34,597 nt of DNA from Candidatus Peregrinibacteria bacterium (GCA_014729615.1 WJJQ01000039.1:1-34597), one strand, 5' to 3'; shown: positions 16,615-26,286, numbered from the stretch's first letter. Notes: generated from the sequence alone by a model not told the origin. Made by a program: numbers and translations.

Positions 16615-17142
16615 TTAAGCTTCAAATTCAAAAATGCTACGATGTTTGAATCCAAATAATCTTAAATAAGCAGATAAAACCGGTAAATCTATTTTTTTGT
16701 TATATTTTCTTACATTTGAATTATAATCATCGGTCAAAGCTTCAATTTCTCTGTTAATTTTTTTAAACTGACTTTGTATTGATAAAAAACCAACACTTTT
16801 TTGAATTGATTCTGACTGACCGCAATACTCCCATAATTGATGTAAAAGATTGCTGATTTTCAAATCGGCATGAACTTTTTTTGGTATATCATCAAGAATT
16901 GACCAAGAAAGTCGTCTACTTTCAATTACTTCCTTAAATAATTTATTATTAACCACTCCTTTTTTTTTCATTATTTCAATCAAAGAAGGAATTTTATCAA
17001 GTCTTATATTTAACTTTTCCAAAAGGGAAAACCATTCAAGATTAAGATCATTTCTGTACCCTCTAAATTGAACGAATATGAAAGTGCCGACTAAAAGTAG
17101 CGACAATAAAACCAAAGAAACGATCAATAATAATGTGTCCAT
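16615..17142 (-). CDS. lemA: LemA family protein
   Basis: N-terminal TM helix. LNLEWFSLLEKLNIRLDKIPSLIEIMKK matches the AW..I...L.RR.DLIPNLVE block. DDYNSNVRKYNKKIDLPVLSAYLRLFGFKHRSIFE matches the YN..V..YN..I..FP...A...GF block. Confidence 0.75.
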   Translation of the reverse strand: MDTLLLIVSLVLLSLLLVGTFIFVQFRGYRNDLNLEWFSLLEKLNIRLDKIPSLIEIMKKKGVVNNKLFKEVIESRRLSWSILDDIPKKVHADLKISNLLHQLWEYCGQSESIQKSVGFLSIQSQFKKINREIEALTDDYNSNVRKYNKKIDLPVLSAYLRLFGFKHRSIFEFEA

Positions 17143-17177
17143 AATTTTTTTTATTTTCTTAAATTATACCATAAAAA

Positions 17178-17888
17178 TTAATTTCTCCACTCACCATTTT
17201 GAACCGTTGATGTAAAACTGTTTTCCTCAACCACTTCGCCCGCCGTGGTTTTCTTTACATTTTTATGCTTTCTTTCAGCCATTTCACGGTTTGCTTTAAC
17301 GTCGTACAATTTGTGTTCTTCTGCGTAAGAAACTGTTTTAACTTCACGTTCCTCCTTTGTTTTTTCATCAAAGGCCTCATTCCTTACTCTGTTTACAAGT
17401 CTAAAATGAAAATCAGGATTTGGTACATTATGAATAGTTATTAAATCAGGGCCAAAAGCGTTAAAAATAAGTTCTCCATAGCCGAGAATGTTTTTGAAAA
17501 GACCGACCTGTTGCTTTTGTATATCCTGAATCCTTTTCATGTAAACGGATTCGTGATCATTTGTCAGATAAAGTGTTCTGTGAATATCGATAACTCTATG
17601 ATTGGTAATGATTACATAAGTAATATAAAACTCAAACAATCGCATAAAATAGTTATGCGTCATTACAGCGGTACCGGTGAGTGTTAAAAGAAAAAGTATC
17701 TGAAACAATGTCTCCTCAAGAGTAAACTGAGGTAGTTGCACAGCCGCGTATGTGGCCAAACTCAGAATTGCAATGAACAGAACAAATGAAAATGTTGGAC
17801 CCATGAGTGTAATCCAGTGTTTTCTAAAAAAATCGATCACTTCCTCGTCATTCATTTGGCCTTTAAAATGTTTATCCTTATTATTCAT
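17178..17888 (-). CDS. Membrane protein with YdbT/bacterial-PH (bPH_2)-like organisation
   Basis: 236 aa. FKGQMNDEEVIDFFRKHWITLMGP is followed by two TM helices and a soluble domain. The family call is tentative. Confidence 0.4.
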   Translation of the reverse strand: MNNKDKHFKGQMNDEEVIDFFRKHWITLMGPTFSFVLFIAILSLATYAAVQLPQFTLEETLFQILFLLTLTGTAVMTHNYFMRLFEFYITYVIITNHRVIDIHRTLYLTNDHESVYMKRIQDIQKQQVGLFKNILGYGELIFNAFGPDLITIHNVPNPDFHFRLVNRVRNEAFDEKTKEEREVKTVSYAEEHKLYDVKANREMAERKHKNVKKTTAGEVVEENSFTSTVQNGEWRN

Positions 17889-18118
17889 GAGTTTAATAAT
17901 GCTAAAGCTATAAAGATTGATCCGATCGTATACACTCCCATTGCGAAAATATAAAGAATAATCACATGTTTCAAATGCATTTTTCCAAACAAAAGAGTAT
18001 ATTTATGTTCTTTAAGACTATATTTTTTAACACTTATATGTAATCTCCATAAGTTTAATCCAGCAAAGATTGCGGAAATCAAAAGTACGGTAGCTATAAT
18101 TATCCAAAAAATTGTCAT
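17885..18118 (-). CDS. Small two-TM membrane protein, hypothetical
   Basis: 77-aa ORF with two hydrophobic helices and 4-nt overlaps with both neighbouring genes, a translationally coupled operon layout. Confidence 0.55.
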   Translation of the reverse strand: MTIFWIIIATVLLISAIFAGLNLWRLHISVKKYSLKEHKYTLLFGKMHLKHVIILYIFAMGVYTIGSIFIALALLNS

Positions 18119-19245
18119 GCGGTTTTCTTATAAATCTCGATCGTTTCTTTTGCGGCTTTATTCCATGAATACGGGCAAATATAATCTTTACATTTTTGTT
18201 TTAGATTTTTGTTTGTTACTATTTCTATCATTGCCTTGGCTATGTTTTTCTCGTCGTTGGGTGATGCGTATATCGCGTATTGATCAATCACTTCGTGATG
18301 AACGGGGATATCTGAGGTGGCAACCGGTATTTGTCTGCAAGCGGCCTCTATTAGTGGTAGATTGAATCCTTCTTTTAAGGAAAAATTAACCAATCCCAGT
18401 GCGCCTTCATATATGTTGGACAAGTCATTTTCTTCTACAAAGCCTAATTGAATCACCTGTCCGGTACCTTCTTGCAATTCTAACGTACGCCTTTTTTTAG
18501 AATCTGTCAAATCATCATAACTTTTATACAAATTCGTATTTAATGATTTGCCACCCACAATAACCAGATTCACATCGAAATTGTCCGCCACCTCATTATT
18601 AAATGCTGAAACCATCCTTTCAACATTTTTTCGCGCATCAAAGCCGCCAACATAGAGAAGATATTTTTTTTTCAAAATCGGGAACTTCTTAATCGTGCTT
18701 TCAAATGGCACATCATTTGTTATAAAGGGAGCATTGTAGACGACATTAATTTTCTCATCTGGTACTTTACAGACCATACATATTTCTTTTTTTGATTCAT
18801 TGCTTACCGTGATAATTTTTTTTGCCTTTCTTACGGCTTTTTTTGCTTTATTATTATAAATTTGGCTTAACAATGATTTTGAATAATTTTTTTCGGTCCA
18901 TGGGATTGTGTCATGAACGGTGACTATTTCCGGGATGCTTGTTTTACCCCATTTATTTGCGGGATAGGGGATATGTATTAAATCGGCATTTACCTTTTTG
19001 AACAATTTTGGAAGCTGAACTTGCTCCCAATAAGTTTTCTTCAAACCGCCCAGAATCAGGGGTTTTTCACTCAATTCAATTATTTCGATATTTTCGGGAA
19101 ATTTCATTTGCACAGTGGCGGGCACCGCAATTTTAAATTTTATTTCGGGATTGTTATGAGCCATTTCAGAAAAAAGATATCGTGTATATTTACCGATACC
19201 CGTAAATGGTTTTGTTAAAAATCGTCCATTTACACCTACAATCAT
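18115..19245 (-). CDS. Glycosyltransferase family 4 (GT-B, group 1)
   Basis: MIVGVNGRFLTKPFTGIGKYTRYL N-terminus and the C-terminal E-x7-E-like region (FSLKEGFNLPLIEAACRQIPVATSDIPVHHEV). Confidence 0.85.
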   Translation of the reverse strand: MIVGVNGRFLTKPFTGIGKYTRYLFSEMAHNNPEIKFKIAVPATVQMKFPENIEIIELSEKPLILGGLKKTYWEQVQLPKLFKKVNADLIHIPYPANKWGKTSIPEIVTVHDTIPWTEKNYSKSLLSQIYNNKAKKAVRKAKKIITVSNESKKEICMVCKVPDEKINVVYNAPFITNDVPFESTIKKFPILKKKYLLYVGGFDARKNVERMVSAFNNEVADNFDVNLVIVGGKSLNTNLYKSYDDLTDSKKRRTLELQEGTGQVIQLGFVEENDLSNIYEGALGLVNFSLKEGFNLPLIEAACRQIPVATSDIPVHHEVIDQYAIYASPNDEKNIAKAMIEIVTNKNLKQKCKDYICPYSWNKAAKETIEIYKKTA

Positions 19246-20324
19246 AGATTTTTTAATATATTAATTATGCTTTTAACAGCATTTTGTTTTTTATTTGATT
19301 TCTTTTTTTGTTTTAAAAGTTCTTCACATTTTTGCAAAAATTTAACAAGATCAAATTCATCTTCCTCCATTACAAACCCATTGTATTCATTTGCGAAAGC
19401 CAATGCATTATCTATTTGGTCTCCTCTACTCACCTTTTTACTGAGAGGGATTAAAATTGCAGGCTTATCTACTGCCATAATTTCCGCAAGGCTCATTGCG
19501 CCCGCGCGGGAAATTATTAAATCACAAGCCGCGTACAAATGTGCAAGTTCTTCTTTTACAAAGTCATAAGATATATAATTTTTTGCCAGATGTTTGTCTT
19601 CTGAGCCAAGAATTACCTCAATTTCTTTCCTATTTTTACTTTTGTCTTTACCGCAAATGTGAATGATTTCATATTTACTGAGCAACAAATCCAGATTATC
19701 CCAAATGATATCGTTTATGAATCCCGCTCCCTGACTTCCGCCCATAGCCAGCAACACTGGTTTGTTTCCGGTCAGATCAGTAATTTGCAGTCCTTTTTTT
19801 TTGTTACCGTTTGTTATTATTTTTCGCACGGGATTACCGACTACCTCGACATCTTTTTTAAAAAAGTCAGCACTTTCTTTGTAAGCCACCAAGATTTTCG
19901 ATGCGAATCTGGCACATATTCTATTTGCCAATCCCGGTACTAAATCAGACTCATGCAAAACTATTTTTTTACCAAGTACCTTGGCGGCCAAAACAACCGG
20001 AACACTTACGAATCCGCCTTTGGCAAAAACAACGTCGGTTTTAAATTTGTTTATAAAAAAGAGAGATTGAATGAAGCCAAGAAAAATAAAAATTGGATCA
20101 ATAAAATTTTTAAGCGAAAAATACCTTCTTAATTTTCCGCAAAAAATAGACTTAAATGGAATATTATTTTCCGCAGACATGACCTTTTCCATCGATTTGC
20201 GACCACCGATGTACAAAAATTTAATATCATTGTGAGACCTAAACTCTTCGATAAGGGCCAAGTTGGGCATTATATGACCTCCTGTTCCCCCGCCGGTTAG
20301 TATTAGGCGTATTTGTGTTTGCAT
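19242..20324 (-). CDS. murG: UDP-N-acetylglucosamine--N-acetylmuramyl-(pentapeptide) pyrophosphoryl-undecaprenol GlcNAc transferase MurG
   Basis: MQTQIRLILTGGGTGGHIMPNLAL G-loop; GGSQGA; SRAGAMSLAEI. I start it at ATG 20324, the last Met before the G-loop, rather than the track start at 20357. Confidence 0.9.
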   Translation of the reverse strand: MQTQIRLILTGGGTGGHIMPNLALIEEFRSHNDIKFLYIGGRKSMEKVMSAENNIPFKSIFCGKLRRYFSLKNFIDPIFIFLGFIQSLFFINKFKTDVVFAKGGFVSVPVVLAAKVLGKKIVLHESDLVPGLANRICARFASKILVAYKESADFFKKDVEVVGNPVRKIITNGNKKKGLQITDLTGNKPVLLAMGGSQGAGFINDIIWDNLDLLLSKYEIIHICGKDKSKNRKEIEVILGSEDKHLAKNYISYDFVKEELAHLYAACDLIISRAGAMSLAEIMAVDKPAILIPLSKKVSRGDQIDNALAFANEYNGFVMEEDEFDLVKFLQKCEELLKQKKKSNKKQNAVKSIINILKNL

Positions 20325-21444
20325 ATTTTGAGATTTGTAAGAGCACGCCGACTCCAATTAATGTTGCGACCAGTGACGATCCTCCATAACTTACAAAAGG
20401 CAAGGTTAAGCCCGTTACGGGCAATAGGCCAATATTAATGGAGATATTCATGAAAGCCTGAATGACAATCCATGACGTTATACCCGAGGCTGTGAGTTGT
20501 GAAAATCGGTCCGGTGCGTTAGCCGATATAGTATACCCCCTATAACCGATAAGTGAATAAACAAGCACCACTACGAATATTCTTAAAAAGCCCAATTCTT
20601 CTGCGGATGCCGCGAAAATAAAATCATCCGACGCCTGGGGCAGCCAAAATGATTTTTGCACTCCCTGTGTCAAGCCCTTACCCCAAAAACCACCGGTACC
20701 AACGGCAATATTGGCTTGTTCGGTTTGCCAGCAATAATCCTCTCTACAGTTTTCGTTTTGGTTCATGAAAGCCTGAAAACGCTCATTTACACGGTCCACT
20801 CCCGTTATTAATACCATTGCGATTAATCCCGCGAAAAGAGCCCCCAACGCAATATGACTGAATTTTGCCCCGGCCACGAAGTACATGACAACCGCGATTC
20901 CCGCAATTACCAAAGTACTACCCAAATCGGGCTGTAATACGATCGGTAAAAGTATTATTCCCGTGACAATACAGAATGGTAAAAAGCCGTTTTGCAAGGT
21001 GCCGATTTCTTTGTTTTTCTTTTCAAACCAATAGGCCAGATAAAAAATTAAAGCCAGTTTTGCAAATTCAGTCGGTTGTAATGATGTATTAAAAATCACA
21101 ATCCAGCTTTTGGCGAAAGTTGTAAACTGCGAACCGATAATAAGTACCAAAAATAACAAAACAAGCGTTGCTCCAAAAATAAATACGGCTGATTTTTTCC
21201 AGAAACGATAGGCAATTTTACTCACCACCAACATGGCGAAAATACCTATCAACATTCTGATCAAATGATTTTTAAACAGGTAATAGCAGTCCACTCCGTT
21301 GTCGCCGCAGTTCGGGTAAAGTATGTCCGGCGCCGTTAATTGAATAGATTTCGGAACTCCGATACTCGTTATCATTATTAGTCCAAAAAGCAGTAGGCCG
21401 ATAACAAGAAATAAAAGTGTTTTGTCAGCCTGTAATTTTCGCAT
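20239..21444 (-). CDS. ftsW: SEDS-family peptidoglycan glycosyltransferase (FtsW/RodA)
   Basis: About 10 TM helices. LQPTEFAKLALIFYLA, PDLGSTLV, LPQASDDFIFAASAEELG and LPFVSYGGSSL motifs. It lies immediately upstream of murG. Confidence 0.9.
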   Translation of the reverse strand: MRKLQADKTLLFLVIGLLLFGLIMITSIGVPKSIQLTAPDILYPNCGDNGVDCYYLFKNHLIRMLIGIFAMLVVSKIAYRFWKKSAVFIFGATLVLLFLVLIIGSQFTTFAKSWIVIFNTSLQPTEFAKLALIFYLAYWFEKKNKEIGTLQNGFLPFCIVTGIILLPIVLQPDLGSTLVIAGIAVVMYFVAGAKFSHIALGALFAGLIAMVLITGVDRVNERFQAFMNQNENCREDYCWQTEQANIAVGTGGFWGKGLTQGVQKSFWLPQASDDFIFAASAEELGFLRIFVVVLVYSLIGYRGYTISANAPDRFSQLTASGITSWIVIQAFMNISINIGLLPVTGLTLPFVSYGGSSLVATLIGVGVLLQISKYANTNTPNTNRRGNRRSYNAQLGPYRRV

Positions 21445-21470
21445 AGAATAGTACTGTAAAAAGCTTAGCT

Positions 21471-21499
21471 ATACTAACAGCCGCTTGGGTCAAAATCAA
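21471..21499 (-). promoter_or_regulatory. Candidate ftsW operon promoter (TTGATT-17-TAGTAT)
   Basis: Minus strand: TTGATT (21499..21494), 17-nt spacer, TAGTAT (21476..21471). Confidence 0.45.
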
Positions 21500-21522
21500 T
21501 CATTAAAAGCCGTTTATCACAC

Positions 21523-21972
21523 ATGAAAAAACACTTTGCAATAACTGTTCCGCTAACACTTTCATTTTTCATTTTCGATCAATTTACAAAGTGGATCGCG
21601 GCTAACAGTTTTCGAAATCCTTTGGAAATATTTTCGTTTTTCAGACTCATTTATAGGGAAAATACCGGAATTGCATGGAGTTTGCCCGTTCCTTCCGCTT
21701 TTTTAATTCCGCTTGTAATTGCAATAATTGTTATGATCATCCATTTCGCGTATAAAAATCTGGATTTTCGCCAAAACATGTCATCCATAGTGCTTTCTTT
21801 AATTCTTGGCGGAGCAATCGGCAATCTTTACGATCGTATTACTTTGGGGTACGTAATAGATTTTATTTCGGTGGGTTCTTGGCCCGTTTTTAATCTGGCG
21901 GATACTTTTTTGGTTGTGGGGATCTTCCTTCTTATCGCGTTTTATGGTAAAATAAAAAAAGTTTCAAAATAA
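21523..21972 (+). CDS. lspA: Lipoprotein signal peptidase (signal peptidase II)
   Basis: DQFTKW, NTGIAWS, GGAIGNLYDRI, GYVIDFI and FNLAD motifs. Confidence 0.9.
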   Translation: MKKHFAITVPLTLSFFIFDQFTKWIAANSFRNPLEIFSFFRLIYRENTGIAWSLPVPSAFLIPLVIAIIVMIIHFAYKNLDFRQNMSSIVLSLILGGAIGNLYDRITLGYVIDFISVGSWPVFNLADTFLVVGIFLLIAFYGKIKKVSK

Positions 21973-21981
21973 AAATTAAAC

Positions 21982-22812
21982 ATGGAGGATCAGTCATACA
22001 ACATGAATAATAATCAAACTTCAACTGAAGGCGATATTTCGTTTGGCCCCCGGAATTTGAGTTTTCTGCAGCTTGTGTTAAAAACTTTTGCCGGATTGGG
22101 TGGAGGTTTGGCCGGCGCTGCCATTATGGTTTTAATTTTTATTGGTGCTTCATCGATTTTGGGCCCGGTTTTGGAACCAATTTTGCAAAATGGAACAGAA
22201 GGAGAAGTGGATTTTATTTTCGTGGTCGTTATTATGGTCATGGTGTTAATGACATCAATAGTTTCAAGTATGTTGTCAACGTTGCTTTTGGCTTTCACTG
22301 AAAGAGAAAGGTATACGCGTATTACAACTACAATGATGCAGGTATTTCTTATTAACTTGGTAATTTTTCTTTTTGTATTACCGATTTACCTTACCGTAAC
22401 ATCGGTGGGCTATGATTTAATGGGCTATGCGGCGGGCCTGCAAATCATTGTGGGAGCCTTGGCCAGCGCGCTTATTCTGGAACTAATTCATGATTATAAA
22501 TATTCACTGCTTGCGGTTTACAGCACGGTACTGGCCATTTTAGTGGGAACCGGGGCAAATTATCTGATTTATTACATTAGTGGGAATGCAACAATACTCT
22601 TGTTTACGGCCATTCCAATTATTTGGCTTCTAATAGGTTTCTTCCAGGCAATTGTCGCCATGTTTTATTACTGGGTTTGGCAAACCTGGGGTTCAGATTT
22701 TTTGGCAAGCGAAATGTCTTATGGAAACGATTACGGTGAAATGCCGGAGCCGGAACCCGAGGAATTGTTGCCGCCTGATGAAGAAGGAAGAGATTTCCTG
22801 AGCAATGGTTAA
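21982..22812 (+). CDS. Polytopic membrane protein, hypothetical
   Basis: 276 aa with about 6 TM helices and an acidic C-terminal tail (PEPEPEELLPPDEEGRD). I recognise no family. Confidence 0.65.
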   Translation: MEDQSYNMNNNQTSTEGDISFGPRNLSFLQLVLKTFAGLGGGLAGAAIMVLIFIGASSILGPVLEPILQNGTEGEVDFIFVVVIMVMVLMTSIVSSMLSTLLLAFTERERYTRITTTMMQVFLINLVIFLFVLPIYLTVTSVGYDLMGYAAGLQIIVGALASALILELIHDYKYSLLAVYSTVLAILVGTGANYLIYYISGNATILLFTAIPIIWLLIGFFQAIVAMFYYWVWQTWGSDFLASEMSYGNDYGEMPEPEPEELLPPDEEGRDFLSNG

Positions 22813-23618
22813 TTATTTAAGCTCGTTAAAAGAGCTTCTTCCATTTTTTCGGTACGCGGTTTTTTCCCAAACCATATTTCAAATTGTTTTTCACCTTGAT
22901 AAAGCAGCATCTTATATCCGGGGACAATTCTGCATTCAGCTCTTTTGGCTTCTCTGACAAGTTTAGTTTCAATGGGATTGTAAACTATGTCCATAACTAT
23001 CATACCTTTTTTAAAGTAATCGGGGTCCACCAGTGAAGCGTTTATGTTCGGATACATTCCAACAGAAGTAGTTTGAATTAAAACATGTGCGGGATATTTA
23101 AAAATATTAGACAAAGTGTCGGCCTGGCAGCCTAGTTTGTCGGCCAAAGCCTGGGCTCGTTCTAGCGTCCGGTTTAAAATTGCCACTCTGGCTCCCGATT
23201 GCACGCAGCCATATGCTACGGCCGCGGCGGCTCCACCCGCTCCCAGTATTACAACAAATTTCCCTTCACAATCCTTTCCTACAAATTCCATTGCGCGAGT
23301 TGCGCCAATCCAATCTGTATTGTAGCCCTTAAGTTTACCATTTACATTATGCACAGTATTTACAGCCCCAATAGCGGCTGCATGTTTATCAATCGAGTCC
23401 AGAAAAGGAATAATTTTTTCCTTGTGAGGAATAGTAACGGAAAGCCCTTTAATGGGAATATCGTTTACATCTTTTTTTATAAAATTTTCCAGTTCTTCCG
23501 GAGCTATTTGAAAAAGTCTATACTCATCATCCATATTGTATTCATAAAATGCCGCCTCAAACATTTGAGGCGACATAGAATGTTTAATTGGATACCCTAC
23601 AACTCCGTATAAACTCAT
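22809..23618 (-). CDS. aroE: Shikimate dehydrogenase
   Basis: YGVVGYPIKHSMSPQM, GLSVTIPHKE, NTDWIG and ILGAGGAAAAV (NADP fold). Confidence 0.9.
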   Translation of the reverse strand: MSLYGVVGYPIKHSMSPQMFEAAFYEYNMDDEYRLFQIAPEELENFIKKDVNDIPIKGLSVTIPHKEKIIPFLDSIDKHAAAIGAVNTVHNVNGKLKGYNTDWIGATRAMEFVGKDCEGKFVVILGAGGAAAAVAYGCVQSGARVAILNRTLERAQALADKLGCQADTLSNIFKYPAHVLIQTTSVGMYPNINASLVDPDYFKKGMIVMDIVYNPIETKLVREAKRAECRIVPGYKMLLYQGEKQFEIWFGKKPRTEKMEEALLTSLNN

Positions 23619-24422
23619 TTAAGCTTTTTTATTTAACGCTTTTGTTTCCACTCCCGTTTTTTCACCCCATTGTTCAACAGCTCTCAATATTTCAATCGGC
23701 ATCATCCAGATTGTTGTATTTGATTGATCCGATGAAAGGTCATTAACTGATTGTAATGTTCTTAAATGTAAAGCTCCGGTCGCGGATGAAAGCATGTTAG
23801 CCGCTTTAACCATGTTTTCAGCAGCCATAACTTCACCTTCCGCCTTAATAACCACGGCTCTTCTTTCACGTTCAGCTTCGGCTTCTTTTGCGATTGTACG
23901 TTTAAGGTCTTGCGGTATTACAATATCTTTTAAATCAAGGTTTTCCACTTTAATTCCCCATGGATCAGTTGCTTTATCAACCACTTCCTGAATACCCTGT
24001 GAAATTTCCGCTCTGTTCTTTAACAATTCATCCAATGTCACGCGCCCGATGGCGTTACGCATTGTAACCTGAGCCAACTGACTGATGGCATAATAAAAGT
24101 TTTCCACTTCAAGAACGGCTTTTTCAGCGGCAACAATTTTATAATATATAACCGCGTTAATCCCCACCGGAATATTATCTTTGGTAATTGCTTCTTGTTC
24201 AGGCACGTCAACCGTTTTTGTTCTAATATCGACTTTTCGCATTATCTGAAGAACGGGGATAATGATTCTCCATCCCGGTGCTTTGGTATTCGTATATTTA
24301 CCCAACGTAAATGTAACTCCGCGTTCGTATTGATTTACTTGTCTGATTATAGCAAGCAGAATAACAACAGCCACAATAAGAATAGGTCCGCTGAAAATGG
24401 TAAATAAGATTGTTTCTCCCAT
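23619..24422 (-). CDS. SPFH/band-7 (stomatin/slipin-like) membrane protein
   Basis: N-terminal TM helix, then VNQYERGVTFTLGKY...VDIRTKTVDVPEQEAITKDNIPVGINAVIYYKI and a coiled-coil AKEAEAERERRA. Confidence 0.9.
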   Translation of the reverse strand: MGETILFTIFSGPILIVAVVILLAIIRQVNQYERGVTFTLGKYTNTKAPGWRIIIPVLQIMRKVDIRTKTVDVPEQEAITKDNIPVGINAVIYYKIVAAEKAVLEVENFYYAISQLAQVTMRNAIGRVTLDELLKNRAEISQGIQEVVDKATDPWGIKVENLDLKDIVIPQDLKRTIAKEAEAERERRAVVIKAEGEVMAAENMVKAANMLSSATGALHLRTLQSVNDLSSDQSNTTIWMMPIEILRAVEQWGEKTGVETKALNKKA

Positions 24423-24492
24423 CTTTGATTGAGTTAATAATAAATGAAAACTAAAGCCATTTTAGATGGCTTTTGAAACACAATCAAGAAAG

Positions 24493-24521
24493 TTGTTAAA
24501 TTAGTAAAAATTTGGTATAAT
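24493..24521 (+). promoter_or_regulatory. Promoter of the MscS-family gene (TTGTTA-17-TATAAT, with TGG just upstream of the -10)
   Basis: Plus strand: TTGTTA (24493..24498), 17-nt spacer, TATAAT (24516..24521), 22 nt before ATG 24544. Confidence 0.6.
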
Positions 24522-24543
24522 AATAGGATATTTATAGACAAAA

Positions 24544-25842
24544 ATGATTAACTCAATCCTTGGCATTCAAACCGCTTTGGCGCAAACAGGTACAACAGCC
24601 GGTAATATAGCTAATGATACTCAAGATCAAATATCCGACATGGTAGCTAGTTTCATAACCAGAATACCATTATTTTTAACAGCGTTAATAATTGCTGTTG
24701 TTTCTTATATAGTCGCCAGGATTGTTAAAAGTGCCGTTGAAAACAGACTCGCGGCACAGGGTTTTGAAGAGGAGCATAAAGGTATTACAAGTTTATCGGG
24801 ACGACTGGCTAACATTGGTGTATTGACACTTGGAATAACAATAGCATTAAGAATTGCGGGAATAGACATTACATCGATAATTGCGGCAGGTGCTTTTGCA
24901 ATTGGATTCGCGCTCAAAGATATTCTTATGAATTTTATTGCGGGAGCAATGATTCTTATTTCAAAACATTACACCATAGGAGATGTGATAGACGTTAATG
25001 GAACAAAAGGTACAATAGAAGAAATACAAACTCGAGCAACCATATTGAAGGGGTTTGATGGAACACGTATTGTGGTTCCGAATTCAGTCCTCTTTAAAAA
25101 CAAAGTTATTAGTTTTACCAGTAACCCGTTCAGAAAATTTCAAGTGGATATTGGCCTGCCCTACGGAATAGATTTGCAAAAAGCCATGGATATAATGAAA
25201 GAGCAGGTTCAAAAAACCCGGAAAGTATTGGTTGAGCCCAAGCCGAGTATTTGGTTGGTAGAGTGGGGAGATTATTCAATAAACTTTAAAATAAATGCCT
25301 GGGTTGAATCACGAGCCGGCTGGATTGGAGTTAGAACCCGTTTAATTAAAAATATTGATAATGCTCTAAAAGAGGAAGGCATTGAAATACCATTTCCGAT
25401 TACTTCAATTGATTTGATAAACAATAAGGAAGAAAATAAACAGGAAAAAGCGGTTAAAAAAGCAATGGAAGAAAAAAGCTCCACTACAGATCAGTCAAAT
25501 GAAGAAGATGAAACTGAAGCCAAAGATATGGGTATAGCGCCTACGCCTGAACAAGTTTCAGCACCCGAATGGCTTAAATCAGCTGCGGCAAATGCATCGA
25601 AAGAGCCGCAACTACCAACGGACCCGAAAGATGAAATTCCGGGATTACAGGCCTTACCTGAAGCAACCGATTCCGGACAAAACCAAAATGAAACCCCCGT
25701 ACCCGGGATAGAGCCTGTGCAACCGACTCAACCCGTACAGCAACAACCCGTACAGCAACAACCGCAGGTGCAACCTATGCAACCCGTGCGGCAAGAAGAG
25801 CCCGTCACACCGCCCCCGGTTACATATCCAAACAATCAATAA
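24544..25842 (+). CDS. mscS: Mechanosensitive ion channel (MscS family) with a P/Q-rich C-terminal tail
   Basis: ALKDILMNFIAGAMILISKHYTIGDVIDVNGTKGTIEEIQTRATILKGFDGTRIVVPNSVLF matches the MscS TM3 and beta-domain signature. The last ~110 aa are low-complexity P/Q/E-rich. Confidence 0.88.
   Translation: MINSILGIQTALAQTGTTAGNIANDTQDQISDMVASFITRIPLFLTALIIAVVSYIVARIVKSAVENRLAAQGFEEEHKGITSLSGRLANIGVLTLGITIALRIAGIDITSIIAAGAFAIGFALKDILMNFIAGAMILISKHYTIGDVIDVNGTKGTIEEIQTRATILKGFDGTRIVVPNSVLFKNKVISFTSNPFRKFQVDIGLPYGIDLQKAMDIMKEQVQKTRKVLVEPKPSIWLVEWGDYSINFKINAWVESRAGWIGVRTRLIKNIDNALKEEGIEIPFPITSIDLINNKEENKQEKAVKKAMEEKSSTTDQSNEEDETEAKDMGIAPTPEQVSAPEWLKSAAANASKEPQLPTDPKDEIPGLQALPEATDSGQNQNETPVPGIEPVQPTQPVQQQPVQQQPQVQPMQPVRQEEPVTPPPVTYPNNQ
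25729..25758 (+). repeat. Perfect 15-nt tandem duplication CAACCCGTACAGCAA x2 inside the P/Q-rich tail
   Basis: 25729..25743 equals 25744..25758. A degenerate third unit follows and encodes the QPVQQ repeats. Confidence 0.6.
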
Positions 25843-25866
25843 AAAAAACCTCCACCTGAGTGGAGG
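25841..25866 (-). terminator. Intrinsic terminator oriented for a minus-strand transcript
   Basis: The minus RNA reads CCUCCAC-UCAG-GUGGAGG followed by U8 (25848..25841). On the plus strand the hairpin is followed by GUAAAAAUCC, which lacks a U-tract. Confidence 0.6.
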
Positions 25867-25884
25867 GTAAAAATCCTGATTCTA

Positions 25885-25935
25885 TCAGCAGAAGATAAAA
25901 AGTATATTTTAGAACTGCTGAGAATTTTTGTTTTT
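25885..25935 (+). terminator. Possible plus-strand terminator for the MscS gene
   Basis: TCAGCAG (25885..25891) pairs with CTGCTGA (25915..25921) around a 23-nt AT-rich loop, then GAATTTTTGTTTTT. The long loop makes it weak. Confidence 0.3.
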
Positions 25936-26286
25936 GGATTTGTTTTGGTTTTTGTAAACTGTTGACTAGTCAGTTTTTATTTTTTTCTACCTCGTTTTGG
26001 CGAGTTGTTTCCAGTCCTGCCACGGACCGTCTGTTTAGTGTATCTTAACCACCGGTTGGTGAAGAAAAAATACCAGACAGCGGTAGGGTTGGCCCGGTTA
26101 GTCAAGGGGGACCATCACAAAGTAGAGAGAACGAAACAGATAAAGGAAGTTTATATGCTTCGCACTCTCTGCTATAGTATTAAACGAATCCTGGTCTAAT
26201 TTTCAATGGTCTGCTGATGCCTCTACAGAAAATTGGTTCTTGGAGGGCATGATCTCAATAACAATCAAAAATCAGCGTTTCATTAC

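Larger units (their letters stand above)
25841..26280 (-). ncRNA. Candidate ~440-nt non-coding RNA of unknown class
   Basis: It is bounded by a near-consensus promoter (26315..26287) and the U8 terminator (25866..25841). There is no ORF over 15 codons on this strand. The core 26011..26110 is about 54% G+C by hand count, against roughly one-third elsewhere. Several local hairpins are visible (GTCC-TGCCAC-GGAC, CACC-GGTT-GGTG, AGAGAG...CTCTCT). Confidence 0.38.

Noticed and set aside
26005-26199. Track ORF (+, 64 aa, TTG start) in the MscS/CofE-like gap
   Set aside because: It has a non-ATG start and an unremarkable sequence. It lies entirely within the G+C-rich hairpin-dense core, which is better explained as RNA structure.
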